From the IMG/VR virus record IMGVR_UViG_3300011335_000460, positions 1 to 31,521 of that record: 31,521 nt of DNA; one strand, 5' to 3'. Source of the stretch: a virus (taxonomy: Duplodnaviria; Caudoviricetes). Each line of letters opens with the position of its first letter. Position 1 is the first letter of the stretch. The notes under the pieces were generated by a model, which was not told the DNA's origin, searched no databases, and saw only the letters and a list, made by a program, of their open reading frames with translations. Below are positions 1-8,198 of the stretch, piece by piece. A program made the position numbers and the translations under genes.

Positions 1-75
1 ATTCAGCCGGTAGCCGCGCCAGGCTGTGCAATTCTCAAGTCGGCACCGGGGACGCCCGGAACAGGAGTTACTCCA

Positions 76-1287
76 ATGTCTGAAGACGCCAAGAAGTTTC
101 GTGCCATCATGAAGGCAAAGGCAATCGCCCGAGCCAAGCCCCAGACCGGCAAGGTTGACGCTTCCAGCTTCACGCCTGCCGAGCCACTGGACGCTGACGT
201 TCAGACCGGAATGCGCCCGGTATCCCGCCGCGCGTTCAAGTCTGGCGGCAAGGTCGCTGGCGAGGCGTGTGCGCCGAACATGGGCCGTCAGCCCCGCAAG
301 TCTGGCGGCAAGACTGAAGCGGTCGAGATTGCGAACGCCAAGGTCAATCGCAACGTGAAGGACGCCAACGAAGAACGCGAAGGCATCAAGCACGTCGGCG
401 GCATGAAGAAGGGCGGCGTCATCAAGAAGGAATCCGGTGGCTTCACTGACCCGCGCGCTGCGGCTGCCGCGCGCATGTCTGAGGCTGGCGCTAGATCTGG
501 CGTGCCGGTTGGCCGGATGGATTTCTCCGGCATCAAGAAGGGCGCGCTGTCTCCGCTGCGCGGCATGAAGAAGGGCGGCAAGGCCGTTTCCGGCAAGGCT
601 CCGGGCGGCGACTACGGCAGCACCGTTAACGCAGTCCGTGAAGACGCCGCGCCTCTGCCTCCCCGTCGCCCGGTTGAGTTGAGCACCGTTCCTCTGCCTC
701 CCCGTCGCCCGGTTGAGTTGAGCACCGTTCCTCTGCCTCCCCGTCGCCCGGTTGAATTGGGCGGCAAGGAGCCGGACGCAGACGATCTTTACGATGCAGC
801 CGACGCCGCGCGCCTAGAGCGCGGTTACAAGAAGGGCGGCAAGGCCAAGGCGCATGAAGACGTGGCAATGGACAAGGCGCTCATCAAGAAGATGGTGAAG
901 CCTGCGGCCCGCACTGAGAAAGAAGATGGCGGTCGCCTTGCCCGCAAGGCCGGTGGTCGCGCCAAGGGCAAGACGAACATCAACATCATTATCGGCACCG
1001 GCAAGTCGCCGGACGATGGGTCGCAGCAGGCGGCCATGATGGGCGCTCCCCCGCCGATGAACATTCCGGTTCCGGCTCCCATGCCTGCCGGTATGCCACC
1101 CATGCCTGCCGGTGGCCCGCCGCCCATGCCAATGCCGCCGATGCCCGCTGGCCCGCCTCCCGGTATGCCGCCTATGGGCCGCAAGTCTGGCGGTCGCACT
1201 TACCCGAAGATGCACTACGGCGCTGGTAGCGGCCTCGGTCGCATCGAGAAGGTCAACAAGTACGGTCTTACTCCCATCAAGGGCTGA
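76..1287 (+). CDS. Lys/Gly/Pro-rich low-complexity protein with ~10 x-x-x-GG motifs; putative internal head protein
   Basis: ATG with AGGAG at 63-67. Motifs FKSGG, RKSGG x2, MKKGG x2, YKKGG, RKAGG, KESGG, KEDGG, KAPGG; Pro/Met-rich tail; lies upstream of the scaffold/capsid genes. Function is inferred. Confidence 0.8.
   Translation: MSEDAKKFRAIMKAKAIARAKPQTGKVDASSFTPAEPLDADVQTGMRPVSRRAFKSGGKVAGEACAPNMGRQPRKSGGKTEAVEIANAKVNRNVKDANEEREGIKHVGGMKKGGVIKKESGGFTDPRAAAAARMSEAGARSGVPVGRMDFSGIKKGALSPLRGMKKGGKAVSGKAPGGDYGSTVNAVREDAAPLPPRRPVELSTVPLPPRRPVELSTVPLPPRRPVELGGKEPDADDLYDAADAARLERGYKKGGKAKAHEDVAMDKALIKKMVKPAARTEKEDGGRLARKAGGRAKGKTNINIIIGTGKSPDDGSQQAAMMGAPPPMNIPVPAPMPAGMPPMPAGGPPPMPMPPMPAGPPPGMPPMGRKSGGRTYPKMHYGAGSGLGRIEKVNKYGLTPIKG
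652..759 (+). repeat. 39-bp in-frame tandem repeat (~2.8 copies) encoding PLPPRRPVELSTV
   Basis: Units start at 652, 691 and 730 and are essentially identical. Confidence 0.97.
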
Positions 1288-1289
1288 AA

Positions 1290-1402
1290 GTTTCTGCCGC
1301 GACTGGTACGCGCGGCAGGAAACAAAGGAGGCGGGTGGTCCTCTCCCGCCCGTCTCCTAGTAAACCCGAGAGGAAAAACACCACATTTGAGAGGATGTGT
1401 GG
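1290..1402 (+). promoter_or_regulatory. Structured intergenic RNA: tandem hairpins with a possible pseudoknot or kissing loop
   Basis: Stem 1290-1301/1311-1323; 13-bp stem 1326-1338/1346-1358 with loop TCCTCTC; exact complement GAGAGGA at 1368-1374 and 1389-1395. Confidence 0.6.
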
Positions 1403-1406
1403 AACT

Positions 1407-1619
1407 ATGCAGACTTTCCAAACTGTTTATGAAGCAGAGCTTCGTAAATTAATCGCAGTCGAAGTAGAGAGATTGAAAGAAAATCTGTCTCACGGCCAAA
1501 GCGTCTGCGATTATTCGGAATACCAAAAAACTGTTGGCCAGATACTAGGTCTTCGCACGGCTTTAGAGCTTTGCGAAGAAGCAAATGCGTTGAGTGAGCG
1601 TAAAGAGCGTAACATCTAG
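1407..1619 (+). CDS. Small helical phage protein (70 aa) upstream of the GroES-like gene
   Basis: MQTFQTVYEAELRKL...DYSEYQKTVGQILGL. ATG 1407 is preferred to the track start at 1335, which lies inside a hairpin. Confidence 0.75.
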   Translation: MQTFQTVYEAELRKLIAVEVERLKENLSHGQSVCDYSEYQKTVGQILGLRTALELCEEANALSERKERNI

Positions 1620-1636
1620 CAGAGAGAGGACTGACG

Positions 1637-2029
1637 ATGCCTTTTATGACTATGGAACATCTCGAAGAACCTAAGAAGAAGATTCTCGACGAGATCAAAG
1701 ACGTGTCTCAAGTAGAAATCTTCAACAATCAGATCCTTGTGGCGATCTATATTCGCCCATCGAAGACCAAATCCGGCATTTACCTGTCCGATAAGACGAC
1801 AGATGAAGACCGTTACCAGTCGAAAGTCGGTCTAGTGTTGAAAAAGGGCGCGCAGGCGTTCGTTGATGACACGAATACTTGGTTTTCTGACGTTGAAGTC
1901 AACGAAAACGACTGGATTCTGTTCAAACCGTCCGATGGATGGTCGATTACTGTCAATAACGTCCTTTGCCGCATTCTTGACGACACGGCTGTCAAGGGTC
2001 GCGTCGATCAACCCGACCGTGTGTGGTGA
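1637..2029 (+). CDS. GroES/Cpn10-like co-chaperonin
   Basis: NQILV...KTKSGIYL mobile-loop motif, then VGLVLKKG, VNENDWILF, CRILDDTAVKGRV; RBS GAGAGGA at 1624-1630. Confidence 0.85.
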   Translation: MPFMTMEHLEEPKKKILDEIKDVSQVEIFNNQILVAIYIRPSKTKSGIYLSDKTTDEDRYQSKVGLVLKKGAQAFVDDTNTWFSDVEVNENDWILFKPSDGWSITVNNVLCRILDDTAVKGRVDQPDRVW

Positions 2030-2916
2030 TGAGCATGGCAAACAAGGAAAAGATCGAAGACATCGACATCGATGTAACGGAAAAGCCGGTGAAAGACGAG
2101 GAAATCGTCGTCGCAAAGGCTGAAGAGCTAAATGACGCTGATTCTCCACAGCAGGCTATCGAAGACATCAAGCGGCAGCTTGATACGGAGAAAGCCGCCC
2201 GTGCTGATGCAGAACGCCGGGCGCAGGACGCCGCACAACAGGCTTATCATGCCCGTAACGAGGTGGATGACACCAATCTACACCTTGTTAACAGCGCGAT
2301 TGAAACTGTAAAACGCAATAATGACATCCTGAAAGCAAATTATCGGGAGGCCATGATTGTAGGTGACTACGATAAGGCTGCCGAAGTTCAGGAAATTATG
2401 TCCAGCAACCAGGCCAAGCTGCTTCAGCTTGAAAATGGCCGCCGGGACATGGAAGTTCGGCCCAAACAAGCTCCTCCCCGTCCGGCAGACGAGATTGAGG
2501 CGCTTGCTGTTCAGGTAACGCCTGCATCGGCAAATTGGTTGCGTAACAATCGTCAGCATTTGTCGGATAGTCGCGCCGTCCGCAAGATGTTCCGCGCCCA
2601 TGAAGACGCTGTTGACGAAAACATTACCCCGGATACTCGCGAATACTTCCAGTTCATCGAGGGTCGTCTCGGAATTGGCCGCGACACCTATATTGCGCCG
2701 GAAATAGACGCAATGGCGGAAACCGCGAAGGTCACGCAGAGGCGTTCTGCTCCCCCGTCCGCCCCTGTCAGCCGATCCGGGTCTGCGCCGGGATCACGTC
2801 CCAATGTCGTCCGCCTGAGCAACGCTGAGCGCGAAATGGCGAACATGATGGGCATGACCGACATGGAATACGCCAAGAATAAGCAAGCACTCCAGAAGGA
2901 AGGTAAACTCCAGTGA
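2029..2916 (+). CDS. Putative capsid scaffolding protein
   Basis: Acidic N-terminus, long coiled coil, Pro/Ser linker and a C-terminal helix hairpin (VRLSNAEREMANMMGMTDMEYAK); TGATG coupling to the previous gene; upstream of the capsid genes. Confidence 0.7.
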   Translation: MSMANKEKIEDIDIDVTEKPVKDEEIVVAKAEELNDADSPQQAIEDIKRQLDTEKAARADAERRAQDAAQQAYHARNEVDDTNLHLVNSAIETVKRNNDILKANYREAMIVGDYDKAAEVQEIMSSNQAKLLQLENGRRDMEVRPKQAPPRPADEIEALAVQVTPASANWLRNNRQHLSDSRAVRKMFRAHEDAVDENITPDTREYFQFIEGRLGIGRDTYIAPEIDAMAETAKVTQRRSAPPSAPVSRSGSAPGSRPNVVRLSNAEREMANMMGMTDMEYAKNKQALQKEGKLQ

Positions 2917-3560
2917 CTGAACTTTCTATTACTCCCCGCCGCCGTGGCCGCCCCAGCCGCCTTGACGCAGCCTTGAAGACGATTGACGCTACGGAAGCCG
3001 CTGAAGCTGCCGCCGTTGAGGTTCATGAGGAATCTGATCCGGCTCCGGCGTCACCGTCCATTGATCGCCGTGATTTGCGCCCGTCTCTGCGGGGCGATGA
3101 TCCCCGCGCCCGTGCCGCTGCCCGTGCCGCCGAAGTCCGTAATAACATGGGCGACATGGACGAGGGAACGGACGATTTCTACGTCGATCCGAAGGTCATC
3201 CCTGCGGGCTGGGGCTACGAATGGAAGCGCAAGACGGTATTCGGGCAGGAAGACCCGGCCTATCAGGTGCAGCTTGCCCGCACCGGCTGGGAGCCTGTCG
3301 CGGCTGACCGCCATCCAAACATGATGCCGACTACGGGGTCGCACAAAACCATCGAGCGCAAGGGCATGATCCTGATGGAGCGGCCCCTGGAGCTGACGGA
3401 GGAGGCGCGCAATATCGAAAAGCGCCGCGCCCGCCAGCAGATTATTGCCAAGAAAGAGCAGCTTGGCGAGAACAAAGCCGGTGAATTCGAGCGCAATCAT
3501 GCTCAGGTTCGGCCCAAGATCAGCAATAGCTACGAGCCATTGCCGGTCCCGAAAGACTAA
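2913..3560 (+). CDS. Head-module hypothetical protein
   Basis: GTGA overlap with the scaffold stop; globular core IPAGWGYEWKR...GWEPV...GMILMERP. Confidence 0.8.
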   Translation: MTELSITPRRRGRPSRLDAALKTIDATEAAEAAAVEVHEESDPAPASPSIDRRDLRPSLRGDDPRARAAARAAEVRNNMGDMDEGTDDFYVDPKVIPAGWGYEWKRKTVFGQEDPAYQVQLARTGWEPVAADRHPNMMPTTGSHKTIERKGMILMERPLELTEEARNIEKRRARQQIIAKKEQLGENKAGEFERNHAQVRPKISNSYEPLPVPKD

Positions 3561-3564
3561 TACT

Positions 3565-3589
3565 GTGGCGGGGCTAATAACCCCGCCGC
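3565..3589 (+). terminator. GC-rich hairpin, possible weak terminator or processing site
   Basis: GTGGCGGGG-ctaataa-CCCCGCCGC directly after the stop codon; no U-tract. Confidence 0.45.
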
Positions 3590-3597
3590 CCCTATAG

Positions 3598-3627
3598 TTG
3601 ACAAATGGATTATTTATAAAGTATTCT
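3598..3627 (+). promoter_or_regulatory. Sigma70-type promoter for the capsid genes
   Basis: TTGACA (3598-3603), 18-nt spacer, TATTCT (3622-3627) in an AT-rich intergenic stretch. Confidence 0.6.
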
Positions 3628-3723
3628 ATAAATGCTCTCCCGGTGATGAGCTTAATTTAGTCCCTGTCTCTGAGTCGCCCCGGCGCGCGATGATGGACTT
3701 TCCCGTAAAAAGGAGAACCCGTC

Positions 3724-4308
3724 ATGGCGAATACCAATGCGCCTTTCGGATTTCGTCAGTACAGCGGCACCGGCTCGTCCCCGACGTATGAGCAGGTTCC
3801 AATGCGAATCCTCTACAGCAACACGACCGCAATCTATTTCGGCGATGCTGTCATTCCCCTTTCCACCGGCTACATCGGTCAGGCTACTGCCTCGACTGTT
3901 CAGGTAGCGGGCATCTTCGTGGGTTGCAAATACCTCTCGACTTCGATGAAGCGCACGGTCTGGTCAAACTACTGGCCCGGTTCGGATGTGGCTTCGACCG
4001 CTCCCGACATTGAGGCTTATGTCGTCAATGACCCGAACGCGAAGTTCCTCGTTCAGGCTGGCGGCACTGCTGTCGGCATTGCGGCCATCAACGCCAACAT
4101 CCAGCTCAACGTCGGCACCGGCAACGCCGCCACCGGCATTTCCGGCATGTACGTTGAAACCCCGAACACGACTGACACCCTGCCGTTCCGTGTTGTTGGT
4201 CTCGTGACTGATCCGCCGGGCGCAAATGGAACTGATTACGCCTCGGCGTACAATCAGATCATTGTCGCCTTCAACTATGTCAGCACGCGCACCACGACTG
4301 GCGTCTAA
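3724..4308 (+). CDS. Putative capsid cement/decoration protein
   Basis: AAGGAG RBS; beta-rich 194 aa (MANTNAPFGFR...IYFGDAV...VNDPNAKFLVQ) directly upstream of the major capsid gene. Confidence 0.65.
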   Translation: MANTNAPFGFRQYSGTGSSPTYEQVPMRILYSNTTAIYFGDAVIPLSTGYIGQATASTVQVAGIFVGCKYLSTSMKRTVWSNYWPGSDVASTAPDIEAYVVNDPNAKFLVQAGGTAVGIAAINANIQLNVGTGNAATGISGMYVETPNTTDTLPFRVVGLVTDPPGANGTDYASAYNQIIVAFNYVSTRTTTGV

Positions 4309-4322
4309 GGGAGTAGGCTACT

Positions 4323-5237
4323 ATGGCTGTCAATCTTTCAGCAATTAAAGACCTTCTCCTGCCCGGTCTAAGGGGCATTGAAGGCAAGTACGAGATGATC
4401 CCATCTCAGTACGACAAGATCTTCACCAAGCACGATTCGAAGCTCGCGCTCGAACGTACTGCTGAAATGCGTTACTTGGGCCTCGCCCAGCTCAAGACCG
4501 AAGGCGGCCAGACCGCTTTCGACAACTCGGCTGGCGAACGCTACGTCTACAACCAGGAACACACCGAAATCGCTCTCGGGTATGCGATTACTCGCAAGGC
4601 GATTGACGATAACCTGTACAAGACACAGTTTGCTCCGTCGAACCTCGGCCTGATCGAATCCTTTCAGCAGACCAAGGAAATCTACGGCGCGAACATCCTG
4701 AACACCGCGACGACCTACAATGCGGCGTTCGGCGGCGACGGCAAGGCGCTTTGTGCAACCGATCATCCGATTGATGGTGGAACGGTAGCCAACCGCACCA
4801 CGACTGACGTTGATTTGAGTGAATCCACTCTGCTCAACGGCATGATCGCCGTGCGTACCAACTTCAAGGATCAGGCTGGCCTCAAGGTCTTCGCCCGCGC
4901 CCGCAAGCTGGTTATCGCCCCGCAGAACGAGCCGGTTGCCATCCGCCTGACGAAGACGGAACTGCGTCCCGGCACGGCAGACAACGACGTTAATGCGATC
5001 ATGACAACCGCCGGGGGTCTCCCGGAGGGCTACATGACCAACGACTTCCTTACGTCGGCGTTCCCGTGGTTCCTGCTTACGAACATTGACGGTCTCTCCT
5101 ACATGGAGCGCGTCAAGTTCGAATCCGACATGCAGGTCGATTTCGTCACCGATAACCTGCTGGTTAAAGGGTACGAGCGGTATAGCTTCGGCTACTACAA
5201 CTTCCGTTCAATCTATGGAAGTTTTCCGACTTCGTAA
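4323..5237 (+). CDS. Major capsid protein (HK97 fold, Mu gpT-like family)
   Basis: 304 aa; KDLLLPGL, KTEGG, ALGYAITRKAIDDNLY, GGDGKALCATDHP, WFLLT, YERYSFGY...YGS; strong codon bias. Confidence 0.88.
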   Translation: MAVNLSAIKDLLLPGLRGIEGKYEMIPSQYDKIFTKHDSKLALERTAEMRYLGLAQLKTEGGQTAFDNSAGERYVYNQEHTEIALGYAITRKAIDDNLYKTQFAPSNLGLIESFQQTKEIYGANILNTATTYNAAFGGDGKALCATDHPIDGGTVANRTTTDVDLSESTLLNGMIAVRTNFKDQAGLKVFARARKLVIAPQNEPVAIRLTKTELRPGTADNDVNAIMTTAGGLPEGYMTNDFLTSAFPWFLLTNIDGLSYMERVKFESDMQVDFVTDNLLVKGYERYSFGYYNFRSIYGSFPTS

Positions 5238-5244
5238 TCGGCAC

Positions 5245-5270
5245 AGCCTCGCTCTTAACAGGGCGAGGCT
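5245..5270 (+). terminator. Hairpin after the major capsid gene (partial terminator or mRNA stabiliser)
   Basis: 11-bp stem AGCCTCGCTCT-taac-AGGGCGAGGCT; short U-tract. Confidence 0.55.
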
Positions 5271-5292
5271 TCAACACTGAAGGAATTCTCTT

Positions 5293-5748
5293 ATGGGTGC
5301 TACCCACTTCAGCGGGCCGGTTATTTCGGGAACGCTCGGCTACGGAGATACGCTCGGCCCAAATCAGGGTTACGCGGTACTCGATCAGGCTGTTGCGGTT
5401 TCGTATGATGCCACGCTCGTTCAGTCTTCGACTTTCTACATTCCGGCTGGTTCGCGCATTCTGAACTTCACGGCTGACGTTCTGACTGCGTATAACTCGG
5501 CCACTTCGGCCACTCTGTCTGTCGGCATCACTGCTGGCGGCACCGAGTATGTAGCCAGCGTCAACGTAAAGGCGGCCACCGGACGCATCGCCATTACATT
5601 CACTGCCGCGCAGCTTGCGGCCATGAATGGAACTTCGATTGTGGGCGCTGCGGCGGCCATCGCCGGAACCGTCATCGCCACCGTTACGTCAGTTGGTCAG
5701 CCTACGGCTGGTTACGCTGTCGTAAATTGCATTTACGCGCAGCAGTAA
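5293..5748 (+). CDS. Putative virion structural (decoration-like) protein
   Basis: AAGGA RBS; MGATHFSGPV start; beta-sandwich-like composition; follows the major capsid gene. Confidence 0.7.
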   Translation: MGATHFSGPVISGTLGYGDTLGPNQGYAVLDQAVAVSYDATLVQSSTFYIPAGSRILNFTADVLTAYNSATSATLSVGITAGGTEYVASVNVKAATGRIAITFTAAQLAAMNGTSIVGAAAAIAGTVIATVTSVGQPTAGYAVVNCIYAQQ

Positions 5749-5759
5749 GGAACAACGCC

Positions 5760-6014
5760 ATGAAGGGCACCGCTCCGAATACGGGTAAAATGAAGCTCTC
5801 GGCTTACGCTGGCGGCGACAGTGAAGTTGCAAAGGAATCGCGCACCGGCAATGACGGCTTCAAGCGCGGCGGCAAGGCCAAGAAGAATGTTGGCGATGTC
5901 TCCGGCATGATGTCGAGCGCAAACGCTGGCCGCAAGCCCCGCAAGGCTGGTGGTGGCGTATTCTCGTCTGCGTCTGGTCCGGGCACTCCCCGCAAGTCCA
6001 GCTCGCCTTACTAA
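5760..6014 (+). CDS. Small basic protein (84 aa) with three GG motifs
   Basis: ATG 5760 after AAGGAA; AYAGG, FKRGG, RKAGG. Confidence 0.75.
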   Translation: MKGTAPNTGKMKLSAYAGGDSEVAKESRTGNDGFKRGGKAKKNVGDVSGMMSSANAGRKPRKAGGGVFSSASGPGTPRKSSSPY

Positions 6015-6060
6015 GTCTGTAAAGACTTGACGATCTGTGTGGGGGCTAACTGCCCTCACA
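6013..6060 (+). other. Two tandem intergenic hairpins
   Basis: AAGTCT-gtaa-AGACTT (GNRA loop) at 6013-6028; TGTGGGGGC-taact-GCCCTCACA at 6038-6060. Confidence 0.5.
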
Positions 6061-6092
6061 TTCTCAAAATATCAAAAGCGGGATAGCCAACA

Positions 6093-6956
6093 ATGCGCCC
6101 TATCGTTGTATCAGTTGGACCGCTGGCGACTGCCGCCGCCAACAATATCTGCACTACGCAGACGCCCGGCACGGCAAACGGCGTACTGGCTCTTAACGGA
6201 TCTCTGGCAACGGGTACGTTCGCCGGAACCGCCTCGATTGCCACGAACATCCTGACGGTCACTGTAACCAGCTCTGGCGTTCTGTCGGTAGGCGACAGTG
6301 TGTCTGGCGCTGGCGTACTGGATGGAACGGTTGTTCAGGCCACGCTTACTGGCACTGGCGGCAACGGAACTTACATCCTCAACAAGTCGCAGACATTCTC
6401 ATCCGGCACGGTGTACGGAAACCGGGTTGCCACGCTTGATCTCGCCCGGCGCGTTCTGTTTACGACCGTCAGCGATGAAAGCGGAAAGACGATCACCGTC
6501 ACTGGAACCAACATTGCGGGCGCGGCCATCACTGAAACTGTGACAGGCCCGAACGCAACGACTGGCTACACGGTCCAGAGCTTTAAGACTGTCACTTCGA
6601 TTGGCGCATCGGCGGCATTTACGGGCGCGGTCACGGTCGGGACGAATACAATTGCGGATAGCGCATGGGTTCGGTTCGACGACTTTGCCCCTAGCGGTAT
6701 TTCCGTACAATGCACAGCATCCGGGACGGTTAACTACACCGTCCAGACGACGTTGGATGACCCGAACAGTGCAACAAACTCAGTGGCGGCTGCGTCGGTG
6801 ACTTGGGTGAGCACTGCGGTTACGGCTCTTGTAGCAGCAACAACGACTCAGCAGAGCAGTGCGCTTGTCACGCCAGCGTTTGCTAGAATTCTTCTCAACA
6901 GTGGCACGGGGACTGTTACGGCTACATTCTTGCAGAGCAGCAATGTGCCGCTCTGA
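6093..6956 (+). CDS. Thr/Gly/Ala-rich virion structural protein
   Basis: 287 aa, all-beta composition, with LTGTGGNGTYILN module; sits between head and tail genes. Confidence 0.7.
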   Translation: MRPIVVSVGPLATAAANNICTTQTPGTANGVLALNGSLATGTFAGTASIATNILTVTVTSSGVLSVGDSVSGAGVLDGTVVQATLTGTGGNGTYILNKSQTFSSGTVYGNRVATLDLARRVLFTTVSDESGKTITVTGTNIAGAAITETVTGPNATTGYTVQSFKTVTSIGASAAFTGAVTVGTNTIADSAWVRFDDFAPSGISVQCTASGTVNYTVQTTLDDPNSATNSVAAASVTWVSTAVTALVAATTTQQSSALVTPAFARILLNSGTGTVTATFLQSSNVPL

Positions 6957-6996
6957 TTTGTAACTTATTGGCTGGCAGTCAACACAGGGAATTGTT

Positions 6997-7686
6997 ATGA
7001 CGACCAGCGGGACTTACACATTCAACCCCTCGCTTGGCGAGCTGGTCATCTATTCTTACAACATGATCGGCATTCGCGGTACGTCGCTGCTGCAAGAGCA
7101 TATGGAAGCCGCCCGCATGGCTTCCAATCTCATGCTCGGTCGATGGTCTTCGCAAGGCGTCAACCTCTGGGCCGTTGACCTTGTGACGGTTGCGCTTGTG
7201 CAGGGTACGGCGACATACAATGTTGACGCCGACACTATCGTCATGCTGGACGCATACGTGACTACCGGCACCGGAACGAGCGCAATAAATCGCGTCATCA
7301 TGCCCATCAGCCGCACGGAATACGCCAGTTACCCAAACAAGACGCAGCAGGGGTTTCCCACGACGTTCTGGTTTGACCGTCTTTTGGCTCCGACCGTGAC
7401 GCTCTGGCCGGTTCCTGACGGCAACGAGGTTTCGCTGTCGTACTACCGTGTCCGGCAGGTGCAGGATTCCAATCTTTCAAACGGGCAAACTGTCGAAATT
7501 CCGGCCTATTTCCTTGAGGCGTTTGCCTACGGCTTGGCGCATCGCCTTGCGACAATCTGGGCACCGGATAAAGTGCAAATGCTAAAGCCAATGGCCGACG
7601 AGGCTTACGCTATTGCGGCCTCACAGAATATCGAAACGGCGAATACTTACATATCTCCGATGATCTCGTCTTACTGGAGGGCGTAA
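6997..7686 (+). CDS. Putative head-tail adaptor / tail tubular protein
   Basis: MTTSGTYTFNP...NLMLGRWSSQGVNLW...ISRTEYASYPNKTQQGFP...LWPVPD; helical ends with a beta insertion; position in the operon. Confidence 0.65.
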   Translation: MTTSGTYTFNPSLGELVIYSYNMIGIRGTSLLQEHMEAARMASNLMLGRWSSQGVNLWAVDLVTVALVQGTATYNVDADTIVMLDAYVTTGTGTSAINRVIMPISRTEYASYPNKTQQGFPTTFWFDRLLAPTVTLWPVPDGNEVSLSYYRVRQVQDSNLSNGQTVEIPAYFLEAFAYGLAHRLATIWAPDKVQMLKPMADEAYAIAASQNIETANTYISPMISSYWRA

Positions 7687-8198
7687 TGGGTTACGCATCA
7701 CAGTCAGGTCGGGCTAGAACCTCACCAAGCAACCCGCAGGCGCACGCCATCTGTGACAGGTGCGGGTTCCGGTACAACCACTCGTCTCTTTCTTGGCAAT
7801 ATGACTGGCGCGGCGCTTCGCTTCAGAACATTCGCCTGCTCGTCTGCAATATTTGCATGGACACGCCCCAGAACCAGCTTCGCGCAATTGTGGTTCCGGC
7901 AGATCCAACGCCGATCCAGAACCCCCGCGTTCAGGATTTCGTCGTCGCGTCGAGCATGAACCGGGTCACGTCCGGGCAAGACACGGTTAATGCCAAAACT
8001 GGTCTCCCTGTGCCGGGCGGCGATACGCGCATTACGGAAAATGATAAGACTAGGGTTACACAACAGACTGGCGAGCCTCCATTTGGGTTGAATGAACAGC
8101 CGGGAACTAGTATTACTGTTCCAAATAGTATTGGCGGCAATGATCCGGGACTACCTTATGACAATACTACCGTACCAGAGACAGGACCACTAACGTGA
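7686..8198 (+). CDS. Zinc-ribbon (2x CxxC) morphogenesis-region protein
   Basis: AICDRCGFRY and LLVCNICMD; TAATG coupling. Confidence 0.75.
   Translation: MGYASQSGRARTSPSNPQAHAICDRCGFRYNHSSLSWQYDWRGASLQNIRLLVCNICMDTPQNQLRAIVVPADPTPIQNPRVQDFVVASSMNRVTSGQDTVNAKTGLPVPGGDTRITENDKTRVTQQTGEPPFGLNEQPGTSITVPNSIGGNDPGLPYDNTTVPETGPLT

Noticed and set aside
44-59. CCGGG-gacg-CCCGG hairpin before the first RBS and its complementarity to the capsid-leader loops
   Set aside because: Five to eight GC-rich pairs are expected by chance, and the upstream context is cut off.
652-759. CRISPR-like array (also considered for 31347-31521)
   Set aside because: Contiguous in-frame coding repeats with no unique spacers and no cas genes.
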